IMG/VR virus record: IMGVR_UViG_3300015263_000377
DNA length: 64,000 nucleotides
Source of the DNA: an uncultured virus (IMG/VR IMGVR_UViG_3300015263_000377)
Taxonomy: Duplodnaviria > Heunggongvirae > Uroviricota > Caudoviricetes
Reading direction: 5' to 3' (one strand)
The notes under the pieces: model-generated
Databases searched by the model: none
The model's input: the letters and a program-made list of their open reading frames with translations, nothing else
Told to the model about the DNA's origin: nothing
In this document: piece after piece, positions 35,485 to 45,937 of the stretch
How positions within the stretch are numbered: the stretch's first letter is position 1
Layout: each line of letters starts with the position of its first letter
Translations under genes and position numbers: made by a program

Positions 35485-37370
35485 CCGACGAGGAGCGCAG
35501 AGCCCGAATCGCCGAGCTTGAAGGGCTCATCGGTAAGGCTCGAAACGACTACTACAACAAGCAACCCAACGTCACCGATGAGGTTTACGACGCTTGGGTT
35601 GACGAGTTGTCCATGCTCGACGCGGTCAACCGCGTTGTCGTTCAAGTCGGCGCCGCTCCCGTTTCTGAATGGAAGAAGGTCAAACACGACCACCCGATGG
35701 GATCGCTCAACAAGGTCAACGCCTTGGAGGAGATGACGGACTGGGTCAATTCCTACGCTCCCGGAGAGGCTCTGCTCGTTACGGAGAAGCTCGACGGGAG
35801 CAGCGTTCAAGTCCGATACTTCAACGGCAAGCTCGTTCAGGCTGCAACACGAGGGGATGGGCATACAGGCGAGGAAATCACGGCCAACGTTCTCAAAATG
35901 AAGGGTATTTTCCCTCGCCTCCCCAAGAAGCTCAACCTCGTACTTCGCGGTGAAATCGTACTGCTCAAGAGCGACCACGAGGCGTGGTTCAAGGACGACT
36001 ACGCCAACACCCGTAACGCAGCCAGCGGCATTTCCAAGAGGTATGATGGGCGTGGGTGTGACCACCTCACGGTCATGTTCTACCACGTGGCTGAGGGTGC
36101 CAACTTCACCACGGAGGAGGACCAGTTCAGGTACCTTCAAGAGCTTGGTTTCGTGACCCCCTGGTGGTCGCTATCCGGCATGTGGATGGGGATCAAGACC
36201 CCTCACGACATCTGGGTGGACTACCAGCAAGGTAAGCGGGACCGGCTGGATTACGACATCGACGGGTTGGTCGTCCGGGTCAACAACCTCGCCAAACAGC
36301 TCGCGCTAGGTGAGAAGGACTTGCGACCCAAGGGGGCCGTGGCGTTCAAGTTTGCCCCTGTCACGCGGGAAACCATCGTCCGCCAGATTCTCCGCCAGAC
36401 GGGAGGTACCGGCCGAATCACCCCCGTCGCCGTCTTCGACTCCGTGAATTTGATGGGGGCTCAGGTAACGAACGCCAGCCTCTACAACTGGAAGTACATC
36501 AAAGACCTCGGCCTCGATGTAGGTTCCCGCGTTCTCGTGGCCCGAGCGAACGACGTTATCCCGCGTGTAGTGTCCCTTGTCCGAGGTTCGGGGTCGGTCA
36601 ACCAACCCCCCGCCACCTGCGACGTTTGTGGTGCAAACGTTGTCCAAGACGGGGAGTACCATGTGTGCCCCAACTGGACGGGGTGCCCAGCGCAGGTTAC
36701 CGGCCGCCTTTCTCAGTGGATCGCCACCCTCAACGTTCTGGAGTGGGGTGACACCCTCTTGGAGAAGCTCGTCTCTACAGGGCTCGTAAAATCTGTTCCG
36801 GACCTTTACCTTCTGACGGAAGAACAGGTGGCTGGACTTGACCGCATGGGACCGAAGGTCGCGGCAAAGGTACTGGCGAACCTCAACGAGAAGAAAGACC
36901 TCCCCTTGGAGACCGTTCTCGGGGCTCTTTCGATCCCAGGTGTTGCGGTGAGCACGATCAAGATGGTGATGGAGGCTGGGATCGATACCCTCGACGCCAT
37001 CCGTGACGCATCTCTCGAACAGCTCATGAAGGTGACCGGGCTCGGCCCAGTCAAGGCGGAGTCCCTCTTCACTTGGCTCAAGAACCACGGGCACGTGGTG
37101 GACGAACTACAGCTTGCTGGCGTATCGATCATTGACCGAGTGAAGGGCAGACTCACCGGCATGACGTTCTGTTTCACGGGCACAATGGCTCGCAAGCGCC
37201 CCGAGCTAGAATCCTTGGTCACCTCCAACGGAGGTGTGGTGAAGTCCTCCGTGACCAAGAAGCTCAGCTACCTCGTGGCCGCCGACAGCTCTACGACGAA
37301 GGCGGCTACCGCCCGGAAGTACGGCACCAAGGTCATCACAGAGGACGAGTTCCTCCAACTGGTCGGGTAG
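35481..37370 (+). CDS. ligA: NAD-dependent DNA ligase
   Basis: YY...D..YD, EKLDG, TRGDG, RGE, DGLVVR, GRITPVA, Zn finger, HhH, BRCT (FCFTG). Confidence 0.96.
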   Translation: MTDEERRARIAELEGLIGKARNDYYNKQPNVTDEVYDAWVDELSMLDAVNRVVVQVGAAPVSEWKKVKHDHPMGSLNKVNALEEMTDWVNSYAPGEALLVTEKLDGSSVQVRYFNGKLVQAATRGDGHTGEEITANVLKMKGIFPRLPKKLNLVLRGEIVLLKSDHEAWFKDDYANTRNAASGISKRYDGRGCDHLTVMFYHVAEGANFTTEEDQFRYLQELGFVTPWWSLSGMWMGIKTPHDIWVDYQQGKRDRLDYDIDGLVVRVNNLAKQLALGEKDLRPKGAVAFKFAPVTRETIVRQILRQTGGTGRITPVAVFDSVNLMGAQVTNASLYNWKYIKDLGLDVGSRVLVARANDVIPRVVSLVRGSGSVNQPPATCDVCGANVVQDGEYHVCPNWTGCPAQVTGRLSQWIATLNVLEWGDTLLEKLVSTGLVKSVPDLYLLTEEQVAGLDRMGPKVAAKVLANLNEKKDLPLETVLGALSIPGVAVSTIKMVMEAGIDTLDAIRDASLEQLMKVTGLGPVKAESLFTWLKNHGHVVDELQLAGVSIIDRVKGRLTGMTFCFTGTMARKRPELESLVTSNGGVVKSSVTKKLSYLVAADSSTTKAATARKYGTKVITEDEFLQLVG

Positions 37371-37371
37371 T

Positions 37372-39597
37372 ATGCGGTCGATCCGTGGTCGCGTGTGGAA
37401 CGTCATCCACAAGAGCGATGACTTCTACATCTTCTCCATCGAGCCTGCGGGTCGAGACGGGTACGAGTATGGTCGCAAAGTCGTCTGCAAGGGCCGCATC
37501 TTCGGCATAGAGCAGATCACTCCCGGCGTCTCTCTTGAGGTCTTTGGCAACTGGACGAACCACCCAAGATTCGGGCAACAGTTCGACCTCCACGGGTGGG
37601 GGCCATGGGCGGACACGGAGATGGGTGTCGAAGCCTTCCTCCGGGTTTGCCTGGGGTTGGAGGAAGCCCCCATCGCTATCCTCGTGGACACCTTCGGGGT
37701 GGACCTCTTCCGGGTCCTCTCGGAAGAGCCTGAGAAGCTCCGAGGCTTGTCCGGCTTCACGGATGAATCCATCGACCAGCTCTTGGAGACTTGGGCATAC
37801 GCCCGCACGAGTGCCGAGCTATCCGCCTTCTTCTCGGACCACACGGTCAACTCGAACCAAATGAAGGCCCTCTTCGACACCTTTGGTGCCGAAGCCAAGA
37901 AGATCCTTCAGGAAAACCCTTACCGCCTCTTGGAAGTTGAGGGCTTCTCTTTCGGCGAGGTTGATGAAGTTGCCGAAAAGATGGGTTTGGACCGAGAGGA
38001 CCCTAGACGTTTCGAGGGTGCTGCTCTTTGGGTGCTCCGGGAGGCCGCTCGCTCGGGGCACCTTTGCGTTCGACGAGGGGATATCGCCACGCAGCTCAGA
38101 GAGCTGCTACGAGGGTCAGAGATCGATCCCTTTGGGGATGTCGACCTCACAGGGGAGTTGAACAAGGCGGTTGCCCGGTTGGTTGACCGCGACGGAGTGA
38201 AGGTCGATCCAAGCGTCGGGGTCTATCTACCCAACCACTTCAGGCATGAAAGACAATCAGCCGAGAACCTAGCTCGGTTCTTGACGCCCTTGCAGCTCGA
38301 CGTGGAGCCTACCGAGTTCCTCAAGACGTACGAGACCATCTACCAAATCTCGCTCTCGGAGGCACAGCGAGACGCTGTTCAGAAGCTCCTCAGCAGTCGG
38401 GTGCTGGTCCTTACCGGATTGCCGGGGACTGGCAAGACGACCGTTGTAAAGACCTTCGTGAACCTATTCGAGCAGGCGGGTATCTCGTTCCGGCTTATGG
38501 CTCCTACCGGCATCGCCTCCAAGCGGTTGTCCGAGGTGACAGGGCATGCAGCGGCCACCATCCACCGGACCTTTCGGTATGACGGAGACCATTGGGGCTA
38601 CGGCATCACCAACAAGTTCCCCATCGGAGCGGTCATCGTCGATGAGATGTCGATGGTCGACCAAGAGCTGTTCTTCCGGATCCTCGATGCTTTGGAAGAG
38701 GGTACCATCTTGGTGTTCGTCGGGGACGACGCACAGCTACCGTCTGTAGGTCCCGGCAACGTTCTCCGTGAGTTGATTCGATGCCCTGAGATCCCGACCG
38801 TCAGGCTTACTCAAATCTTCCGTCAGGCTGAGGCCAGCGACATCATCCTCAACTCCCATCGGATCAATAGGGGTGATGCCATCGTTCCTGGCGGGACCGA
38901 ATCTGACTTCCGCTTCGTGGCGATCTCGGATGAGGAGAAGCTCGTGGACCTGGCTGTCAAGATGGCGGTCAAACTGAAGGGGCGGGACGCCAACTTCCAA
39001 GTGCTCTCCCCGAAGTACGATGGTGTCGTCGGAGTCAACAACTTGAACGACAAGCTCCGGGAAGTCCTCAACCCAGGAGGGGATGGGAAGAGGGAGCTAA
39101 CGATCGGCACTCTCCGTTTCCGCGAGGGTGACCGCGTCATGGTCATCCGAAACGACTACGAGCTAGGGGTCTACAACGGGGACATGGGGAAGCTCATGTC
39201 AATCCACACGGACCACCTCACTGTTAGGGTCCACGGGGCTGGGGAAGACGGGCTGGACATGCTCGTGGAAATCCCTCGGCGTGAGGTTGGTCAGAAGCTC
39301 CGGCTCGCGTACGCCATCACGGTCCACAAGTGCCAAGGCTCGGAGTTTGACACGGTGATCCTCCCCATCGTTCGTACGCAAGGGCGGATGCTCCAGAGAA
39401 ACCTGTTCTATACAGCCGTGACGCGGGCCAAGAAGCGGGTCTGGTTGCTTGGGGACAACTTGGCCGTGTCGAAAGCCATCGCTAACGACAAGGTCTTGCA
39501 GCGGAACACCGGGTTTGAGCGAGCCATCACCTCAGCCGTACAGGCTCTCCGAACGCCCGTAGAATCAAACCCCATGCAAGAATCTGCCTCTCCGTAG
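37372..39597 (+). CDS. recD2: RecD2-like SF1B helicase
   Basis: HPRFGQQF, ENPYRL, GLPGTGKT, VDEMSM, GDDAQLPSVGPG, IFRQ, YAITVHKCQGSEF, YTAVTRAK. Confidence 0.95.
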   Translation: MRSIRGRVWNVIHKSDDFYIFSIEPAGRDGYEYGRKVVCKGRIFGIEQITPGVSLEVFGNWTNHPRFGQQFDLHGWGPWADTEMGVEAFLRVCLGLEEAPIAILVDTFGVDLFRVLSEEPEKLRGLSGFTDESIDQLLETWAYARTSAELSAFFSDHTVNSNQMKALFDTFGAEAKKILQENPYRLLEVEGFSFGEVDEVAEKMGLDREDPRRFEGAALWVLREAARSGHLCVRRGDIATQLRELLRGSEIDPFGDVDLTGELNKAVARLVDRDGVKVDPSVGVYLPNHFRHERQSAENLARFLTPLQLDVEPTEFLKTYETIYQISLSEAQRDAVQKLLSSRVLVLTGLPGTGKTTVVKTFVNLFEQAGISFRLMAPTGIASKRLSEVTGHAAATIHRTFRYDGDHWGYGITNKFPIGAVIVDEMSMVDQELFFRILDALEEGTILVFVGDDAQLPSVGPGNVLRELIRCPEIPTVRLTQIFRQAEASDIILNSHRINRGDAIVPGGTESDFRFVAISDEEKLVDLAVKMAVKLKGRDANFQVLSPKYDGVVGVNNLNDKLREVLNPGGDGKRELTIGTLRFREGDRVMVIRNDYELGVYNGDMGKLMSIHTDHLTVRVHGAGEDGLDMLVEIPRREVGQKLRLAYAITVHKCQGSEFDTVILPIVRTQGRMLQRNLFYTAVTRAKKRVWLLGDNLAVSKAIANDKVLQRNTGFERAITSAVQALRTPVESNPMQESASP

Positions 39598-39647
39598 AGC
39601 CATCCGGTGTCTTTGTGGGGTCTGATCCCCCACCTTCGAGGCACCGC

Positions 39648-40739
39648 ATGGAACTGAAACGTGTTGAGCAGATTTACGACGAAATCTTCGGCATGGCGAT
39701 CGAGCTGGAACCCGATCCCACGGTGCTCGGCCCCCGGTACATCAACCAAGTGGTTGCCACGTGTCGCAACTACCAGAACCGGGTCACGGCCATCCTGCTC
39801 GAAATCCAGCGAGAGAAGCGAGGGGTTGCCAAGGATCTCGCTGCCGAGAAGGCCGGGTATCAGGTCGAGCTGAGCCAACTCCTCGCGGAGAACGCTGCGA
39901 TCAAGGCCGCTCCGAATATCAAGGACCGTGAGGCTCAGGCCAACGTTCTTCTTGCGGCTCGGGTGTCTCGTATCAGCGAACTGGATCAGCAGCTTCTTGA
40001 CTTGGAGACGATCGAGAAGGCGGTCCGACTTCGACACCAAGAGCTTGTTCGGACGAGCGACAACATCAAGACCCAACGCTCCCTGCTCCTGGCCGACCGG
40101 GTTACGGGGACTGGGTACGGGGACGAGTTTAGCGGTCCCCGTGACAGCAAGGGTCGGCCCTTGCCAGTCGACGATGGGATCGACGAGGATGAGATCCAGC
40201 GCCTCTTGTCTCAAGAGTCGAACACGTCTGAGGCGGACAACTCAGACGAGGGTGAGGCTCCCGTTGAGGCGAAGCCTGAGCCCGAGGCGAAGCCGGAACC
40301 CAAGGCCGAGGCGAAGCCGGAACCCAAGGCCGAACCCGTAGTAGAGGTGAAGCCCGAGCCCAAGCCTGAACCCGAACCTGTGGTAGAGGCGAAGCCTGAG
40401 CCTGTTGAAACCAAGCCGGAACCAAAAGCGGTACCAGATCCGATCGACGACATTCTCGCCGAGGTCGCTGCCGGGTCGTCCGCGACGCCAGAAGCAGCTC
40501 CGAAACCTGCGGTGAAAACCGAGGCCGTGGAGCAGAAGGCTCCTGAAACCTCGTCGTCTGTCGCGGAATCGGAAGTCGCTGCCTTTCTTGACAAGGAAGA
40601 AGCGCCAAAAACAAACGGCACTTCCTCAAAGAACGGTAAAACGGCTGACAAGAAAGCAGAGGCTCCGAAACCAGCGAAGTCTGCGCCTGCTAGCGGGGAT
40701 GACGACTTCGACTTCTCGGACATCCTCAAGAACCTCTGA
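39648..40739 (+). CDS. Coiled-coil protein with EPK/EAK repeat linker and acidic tail
   Basis: N-terminal coiled coil, (E/V)AKPEP repeats, C-terminus DDDFDFSDILKNL. Confidence 0.75.
   Translation: MELKRVEQIYDEIFGMAIELEPDPTVLGPRYINQVVATCRNYQNRVTAILLEIQREKRGVAKDLAAEKAGYQVELSQLLAENAAIKAAPNIKDREAQANVLLAARVSRISELDQQLLDLETIEKAVRLRHQELVRTSDNIKTQRSLLLADRVTGTGYGDEFSGPRDSKGRPLPVDDGIDEDEIQRLLSQESNTSEADNSDEGEAPVEAKPEPEAKPEPKAEAKPEPKAEPVVEVKPEPKPEPEPVVEAKPEPVETKPEPKAVPDPIDDILAEVAAGSSATPEAAPKPAVKTEAVEQKAPETSSSVAESEVAAFLDKEEAPKTNGTSSKNGKTADKKAEAPKPAKSAPASGDDDFDFSDILKNL
40262..40430 (+). repeat. In-frame imperfect tandem repeats (GAGGCGAAGCCKGARCCC)
   Basis: Repeated EAKPEP(K) codons. Confidence 0.8.
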
Positions 40740-40912
40740 TCGGTTTTCAGCTTGTGTGGTGTACCCAACAGAGCGGTACGCCACCCGACCAGTAAGTCCG
40801 AGGGTCACCTCAAACCAACGTCCAAGTTGGTGTGCCGCACGTAGCAAGTCCACAACCAGCCTTTCCGGCAATCCCTCAGTGAGTATCCGGGAGGCACGTT
40901 CAAGGAGCTGCC

Positions 40913-41767
40913 ATGAGCGACGATATCGATTTGGATGATGACATTGGTTTTGGTGACGAGGACAAGGGCAAGGTCAACTCGAACCAGACCGACTGGTACA
41001 AGGGAGAGAAGGGTCGTACGGACCGCGTCGCTCTCGTGTACTTCAACAGCTTCGAGGTGACGCAGCTTCGGAAGGCTGTTCGCCAGAAGCCGGACCTCAA
41101 CGAAGAGCAGCGCAAGGCTCTCGTCGCGAAGGTCCGTCAGACGTTGGCCGAGAAGCTCGGAAAGAGCGTCGACCAGCTCGATCAGGTTGACCTTCTCGAC
41201 ACGAGCGAAGCGCGTGTGAAGACCGTCTCGTCGTCTTTCAAGAAGGACATCGGGTACGTCACGTGGCCGAAGAACGTGACACCCGAGGAGTTGAAGGTCT
41301 GGAGCAAGCTGGGCGAGAAGCGGGACTACGTCATCACGCTCCTCCTCATCTACCCGACTGACCGGGAGGGTGAGGTGGACAAGGACGCGCTCGGCAAGAA
41401 GTGGCAGATCAAGCCCTGGCGCTTCTCTCCGGACAAGTACGACGTGCTTCGGAAGATCAACAGGGGTCTTCAAGAGGGTGGAAGCTCCCTTTCCGGGATC
41501 GACCTCCACCTGTCGTGCTCCGATACCCAGTTCCAGAAGATCACGATCACCCAGGCAGGGCCGGCGATCTACCTCCGGAACGAGCCGTTCAAGCGGCGCA
41601 TCTTGGAGAAGGCCATCACCTTCTACGGGGACAAGCTCAAGCCCTTCCGGGAGATGAGCACAGACGAGCTTCGCGAGAAGCTGGGGTTGCCGGGTGGCGG
41701 CGGTACTGCGGCGCCGGGCTCGGACTTCTCCAACGAGGACTTCTCCAACGTCCTCGGTAACGTCTGA
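40913..41767 (+). CDS. Probable phage single-stranded DNA-binding protein (gp32-like)
   Basis: Position before the resolvase and recA, strong AAGGAG RBS, aromatic residues, acidic termini. Inferred; no diagnostic motif. Confidence 0.5.
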   Translation: MSDDIDLDDDIGFGDEDKGKVNSNQTDWYKGEKGRTDRVALVYFNSFEVTQLRKAVRQKPDLNEEQRKALVAKVRQTLAEKLGKSVDQLDQVDLLDTSEARVKTVSSSFKKDIGYVTWPKNVTPEELKVWSKLGEKRDYVITLLLIYPTDREGEVDKDALGKKWQIKPWRFSPDKYDVLRKINRGLQEGGSSLSGIDLHLSCSDTQFQKITITQAGPAIYLRNEPFKRRILEKAITFYGDKLKPFREMSTDELREKLGLPGGGGTAAPGSDFSNEDFSNVLGNV

Positions 41768-41831
41768 GTAGGAGGCGAGGCGAGGGGGTCGGGGGTCTTA
41801 CCCGACCTTCGGCCCCCGTCTCCGTAAACGG

Positions 41832-42488
41832 ATGTTCCTGTCCCTTGGGCTGGACCCGTCGCTGACGGGTTTCGGATGGTGCCTGCATGACGCCGACGCC
41901 TTCGGTAAGAAGCGCGTTGTCGACAAGGGGCGCTTTGCGAGCCCGTCCAGTGACGTGTTCGTCGAAAGGTACATGGGCCTCCGTGAGTGCGTCGGAGACC
42001 TGATCGACGATTGGCCTGAAATTCAAATCGTCGGGGTCGAGTCACCCCCGTTCGGGGAACTGTGGTCCGAGGGTCTCTATGGTCTGTTCCTCTATGTAAA
42101 TGAGGCGATCTACACCCGCCGAAAGGACGTGGTGTACTTCGACCCATCGACGGTCAAGTCCCTTGCCAAAGAGGACCCGACCGTCCGTAGAGGGAAGATG
42201 TTCAAGGCCGATATGGTGGCGATGGCGAAAGCTGATACCGGGATCTCTCGGTGGAATAGCGACGAAGCCGACGCCTACCATATCGCTAGATTTGCCGCCC
42301 GCTTTTGGCTCCTTCTTGAAGGTCGTATCGACAAGGACGTACTTCTCCCATCGGAGGCGCACACGTTCCTCAAGGAAAAGACCTACTCTAAGGGCCGGCA
42401 TGCGGGCGAGACGCGCCAACTCGGGACCTTGTACCGAGAGGATGAGCGTTTCTTCAGATTTTCCAAACTCCCGGAGTCCCCGCCATGA
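41832..42488 (+). CDS. RuvC-like Holliday junction resolvase
   Basis: LGLDPSLTGFGW, VGVE, PSTVKS, K..MV, DEADAY.IA. Confidence 0.85.
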   Translation: MFLSLGLDPSLTGFGWCLHDADAFGKKRVVDKGRFASPSSDVFVERYMGLRECVGDLIDDWPEIQIVGVESPPFGELWSEGLYGLFLYVNEAIYTRRKDVVYFDPSTVKSLAKEDPTVRRGKMFKADMVAMAKADTGISRWNSDEADAYHIARFAARFWLLLEGRIDKDVLLPSEAHTFLKEKTYSKGRHAGETRQLGTLYREDERFFRFSKLPESPP

Positions 42489-43735
42489 CCACCAAAGCCG
42501 CTGCCGCCAAGAAGCCAACCAAGCCGTCCGATGTAATGAAGCTCACGCTCGCTCACATCGCCAAGGTCACGGGCCAGAAGCCCACCAACTCGATCACGAC
42601 AACGTTCCCGCACATCCCCTCGGGGATTATCCAGATCGACAACCTCCTCGGGGGTACCCCGCTCCCTGACGGTAGCGGCATGATCTGTCCTGGTTACGCT
42701 CGTGGTCGGGTCATCGAGGTCTTCGGTGCAGAGTCGAGCGGGAAGACCACCCTCGCCCTCGGAGCCGTCGCTGCCACCCAGAAGGCTGGTGGTACCAGCA
42801 TGTACCTCGACTTCGAGAACGCCATCCACCACGGGTACGCCAAGGCGATCGGCGTCAAGTTCGACAACAAGCAGTCCACCTGCTTCGCCCCCGACAACCT
42901 TGAGGAAGGGTACAAGATGCTCTACCTCGCCATCCACCACGGATTTGACCTCGTCGTGGTCGACTCTGTTGCGGCGATGGTCCCCAAGTCTGAGCTGGAC
43001 AAGAAGCTCGACGAAGAGGCCCGCATCGGCGCCCTTGCCCGCGCCATGAGCCAGAACCTCTCCAAGATGGTTCAGTGGCTCAAGGACAAGAACACGGTCG
43101 TCATGCTCATCAACCAGACCCGTTCCTTGATCAAGGCGGGCAGCCACGCTGGGGAGGATGACAACACGGCTGGGGGTAAGGCCGTCAAGTTCTACGCGAG
43201 CCACCGCCTCAAGCTCACGAGGACTCGTTCGGACTACATCGAGACCAAGGATCCGGTGACGCTCAAGAAGAAGCGGATCCCCTTCGGTAACGTCGTCCAG
43301 ATCAAGGTCGCCAAGAACAAGCTCGACGGCAAGCAAGGCCACAACGCCGAGGTCTTCATCCGCTACGGCCATGGGCTCGACGAGTACCTGTCCCTCATCG
43401 AGTCGGCGATCCCTCGCAAGCTCATCAAGCAATCGGGGTCGAGCTACGAGTTCAACGGCGAGGCGTTTCGAGGCAAGAACCAAGTCCGTCAGTACCTCGT
43501 GGACAACCCCAAAGCCGCCGCCGACCTCCGTAAGAAGGTCAACGCAGCTCTACTCTCTGAGGCTCCGCAGACGATCCAAGGGAACGTCGAAGACGAGGAC
43601 ATCGTTTCGGACGGTCGGGAGGACATCGGGGATGACGACCTCGCCGATGACACCGTGGACACGGAGGCCATCGACAACTTGATCGCTGAGGTGGAAGTCG
43701 AGGGTATGGAGGCGGCTCCTGCTGAGGGAGCGTAA
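42485..43735 (+). CDS. recA: RecA recombinase
   Basis: GRVIEVFGAESSGKTT, VVVDSVAAMVPKSE, LINQTR, GGKAVKFYAS.R, KNK. Confidence 0.95.
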   Translation: MTTKAAAAKKPTKPSDVMKLTLAHIAKVTGQKPTNSITTTFPHIPSGIIQIDNLLGGTPLPDGSGMICPGYARGRVIEVFGAESSGKTTLALGAVAATQKAGGTSMYLDFENAIHHGYAKAIGVKFDNKQSTCFAPDNLEEGYKMLYLAIHHGFDLVVVDSVAAMVPKSELDKKLDEEARIGALARAMSQNLSKMVQWLKDKNTVVMLINQTRSLIKAGSHAGEDDNTAGGKAVKFYASHRLKLTRTRSDYIETKDPVTLKKKRIPFGNVVQIKVAKNKLDGKQGHNAEVFIRYGHGLDEYLSLIESAIPRKLIKQSGSSYEFNGEAFRGKNQVRQYLVDNPKAAADLRKKVNAALLSEAPQTIQGNVEDEDIVSDGREDIGDDDLADDTVDTEAIDNLIAEVEVEGMEAAPAEGA

Positions 43736-44961
43736 TGGTTGAGGTCGAAATACGGGGGTTTCAATCAATCGAGCAAGTCTCGATTCGTATTGACGGCTTT
43801 ACAGCCCTTGTTGGTCGCTCCAACATCGGGAAGTCAGCCGTGGTGAGGGCCATCAAGTGCGCCCTCACCAACTCCCTCGGGACCTCGTTCGTACGCCATA
43901 CCACCTACTGCGCTCGGTCCGTTCGTGGGGCCAAGACGTGCAAGTGTCAGACGACGGTTCGCCTCAAGGCAGAAGGGTTTGACCTTCTCTGGGAGAAGGG
44001 TGACTCCGTCAACAAATACACGTTCAACGGGCAGGTCTACGACAAGCCTGGGCAGGGCATCCCCGACTTCCTCATCACGAGCGGCTTCGCTCCAGTCAAA
44101 GTTGGGGATGACGTCGGCAGCATCCAGGTTGCGGACCAGTTCTTCCCCATCTTCCTGCTCAACCAGTCTGGGCCAGCCGTAGCGGAGGCCATCTCCGATG
44201 TGGCTCGTCTTGACCGGGTGACCGCTGCCACGAAGATGGTGGAGAAGGATCGACGGGAAGTCGTATCTACCAAGAAGATCCGCGAGAAGGATGCGGAGGA
44301 GCTTCGTGTTCGACTTGCCGCGTACGATGGCCTAGACGCGGCTCTCGACAAGACGGAGTCAGCCGTCCGTGCTCTGGTTAGGGTGGAATCAGAGGCTCAA
44401 CGCGTCACCGTGTTGGACCGATACATCACCACGACCGGGGCTCTGGTTGCTCGACTCAAAGCGCTCTGGGAGATCAACTCGGTAGCAGTACCCGACTTGG
44501 AGACCGTCCTCACACAGTCCAAGAAGGCGACGCTGCTCACAAAGTTCGCCAACGAATTAAACAGACGGGTGGAGGACTTCAAGAACCTTTCATGGGTCGA
44601 CAAGTTCCTCGGTTTGGTTCCCGCCATCGAGGGACTCCAAGAGGTCATCGACAAGATCCGCCAACTGGACAAGTGGATCCAACGGATGCGCTCCTACAAG
44701 GCGAGGTTCACCGCTCTTGAGGCAGCGGAGAAGATCATCTTGCCGGCGCTCGACCCTCTCGAAACGAACCGGGACAAGCTCCGGGAGCTGACGCGGTTCG
44801 CTTCCAAACATACCTCCATCACGAAGTCGATTCAGCAGGTTCAGGCCGAGCTGGACGCTACCGAGGCGGAGGAGAAGCTCGTTCAAGGCGAGGTGGACGC
44901 TCTCGGCGTGTGCCCAACCTGTACGCAGCCGGTTCAATCGGGGCGTCACCTCCATGCCTAG
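43735..44961 (+). CDS. SbcC/Rad50-like ATPase, N-terminal half
   Basis: FQS, Walker A GRSNIGKS, Q-loop, coiled coil, ends at zinc hook CPTC; no Walker B. Confidence 0.85.
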   Translation: MVEVEIRGFQSIEQVSIRIDGFTALVGRSNIGKSAVVRAIKCALTNSLGTSFVRHTTYCARSVRGAKTCKCQTTVRLKAEGFDLLWEKGDSVNKYTFNGQVYDKPGQGIPDFLITSGFAPVKVGDDVGSIQVADQFFPIFLLNQSGPAVAEAISDVARLDRVTAATKMVEKDRREVVSTKKIREKDAEELRVRLAAYDGLDAALDKTESAVRALVRVESEAQRVTVLDRYITTTGALVARLKALWEINSVAVPDLETVLTQSKKATLLTKFANELNRRVEDFKNLSWVDKFLGLVPAIEGLQEVIDKIRQLDKWIQRMRSYKARFTALEAAEKIILPALDPLETNRDKLRELTRFASKHTSITKSIQQVQAELDATEAEEKLVQGEVDALGVCPTCTQPVQSGRHLHA

Positions 44962-45931
44962 ACTCGCCTTCCTCACGAGGACGGACGTTCATGTCTCGGA
45001 TCGGAGCCCCATTTCTTGGAAGGGTGACTACCCAGCCGAGATTTGGAGCAACCTCGAACAGATTGGCGCCATCGCTAAGGCTAGAGAAGCCACGGCCGTT
45101 CTCGATGCGGGGGACTACTTCCACGTCAAGGCGTCGTCGAAAAACTCGCATGCCTTAGTGGAGAAGTCAGCTCGCGTTCACCGGGGTTACCCATGCCCCG
45201 TATACGAAATCGAAGGCAACCACGACATCTCGTTCAACAACCTGGAGACCCTGGGGAAGCAACCTCTGGGCGTCTTGTATGCCAGCGGCGTGTTCCACCA
45301 ACTCCGGGAGCAGGTCTTCAACGACGGAAACCTTCAAGTACGGGTCGTAGGAGTCCCTTACAGCCCGACTCGAACCCTGGACGACCTGCTCAAGATCCAG
45401 AAGCAGCCTGGCGATACCCACCTCATCGCGATGGTCCACGCTCTCGCCGGTAAGAAGCCCCCAGCTCAAGCAGAGGACTTCTTCAACGAGCCCGTGTTCC
45501 CGTACGAGGCCCTCATAAGCCGCAACGGCCCCGATGCGTGGTGCTTTGGGCACTGGCACAAGGACCAAGGAGTAGAGGTCATCCACGGCCGCCAGTTCAT
45601 CAACGTCGGGGCTGTCTCACGTGGAGCCCTCGTAAGGGAGAACCTTCAACGAACCCCGCAGGTAGCTCTCGTCGAGATCGATGGGGGTGATGTCAAGGTG
45701 ACGGTCATCCCGCTCTCCGTTGCTCCCGCCGAGGAGGTCTTCGACCTGGAGAAGAAGGCCGCCCAAGAGAAGGAACGTCGGGACATCGATCAGTTCGTTC
45801 TCCAGCTTCTCTCAGATGGGGTGATCGACCCCAACTCCTCCATCGAAGCCAACATCCGGGGCCTGAATTTCGCCGACAACGTGCGAGAGGAAGCTCTCCG
45901 TTACCTGGAACTTGTCGACTCCGTAGGGTGA
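44954..45931 (+). CDS. SbcD/Mre11-like metallophosphoesterase nuclease
   Basis: TDVH, AGDYFH, GNHD, VH, GHWH. Confidence 0.9.
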   Translation: MPRLAFLTRTDVHVSDRSPISWKGDYPAEIWSNLEQIGAIAKAREATAVLDAGDYFHVKASSKNSHALVEKSARVHRGYPCPVYEIEGNHDISFNNLETLGKQPLGVLYASGVFHQLREQVFNDGNLQVRVVGVPYSPTRTLDDLLKIQKQPGDTHLIAMVHALAGKKPPAQAEDFFNEPVFPYEALISRNGPDAWCFGHWHKDQGVEVIHGRQFINVGAVSRGALVRENLQRTPQVALVEIDGGDVKVTVIPLSVAPAEEVFDLEKKAAQEKERRDIDQFVLQLLSDGVIDPNSSIEANIRGLNFADNVREEALRYLELVDSVG

Positions 45932-45937
45932 CCCACC

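Noticed and set aside
33144..43735. Inteins or introns in nrdJ, ligA, recD2 or recA (and terL)
   Set aside because: Lengths are ordinary, motifs are contiguous, and no intein splice-junction or LAGLIDADG blocks were seen.
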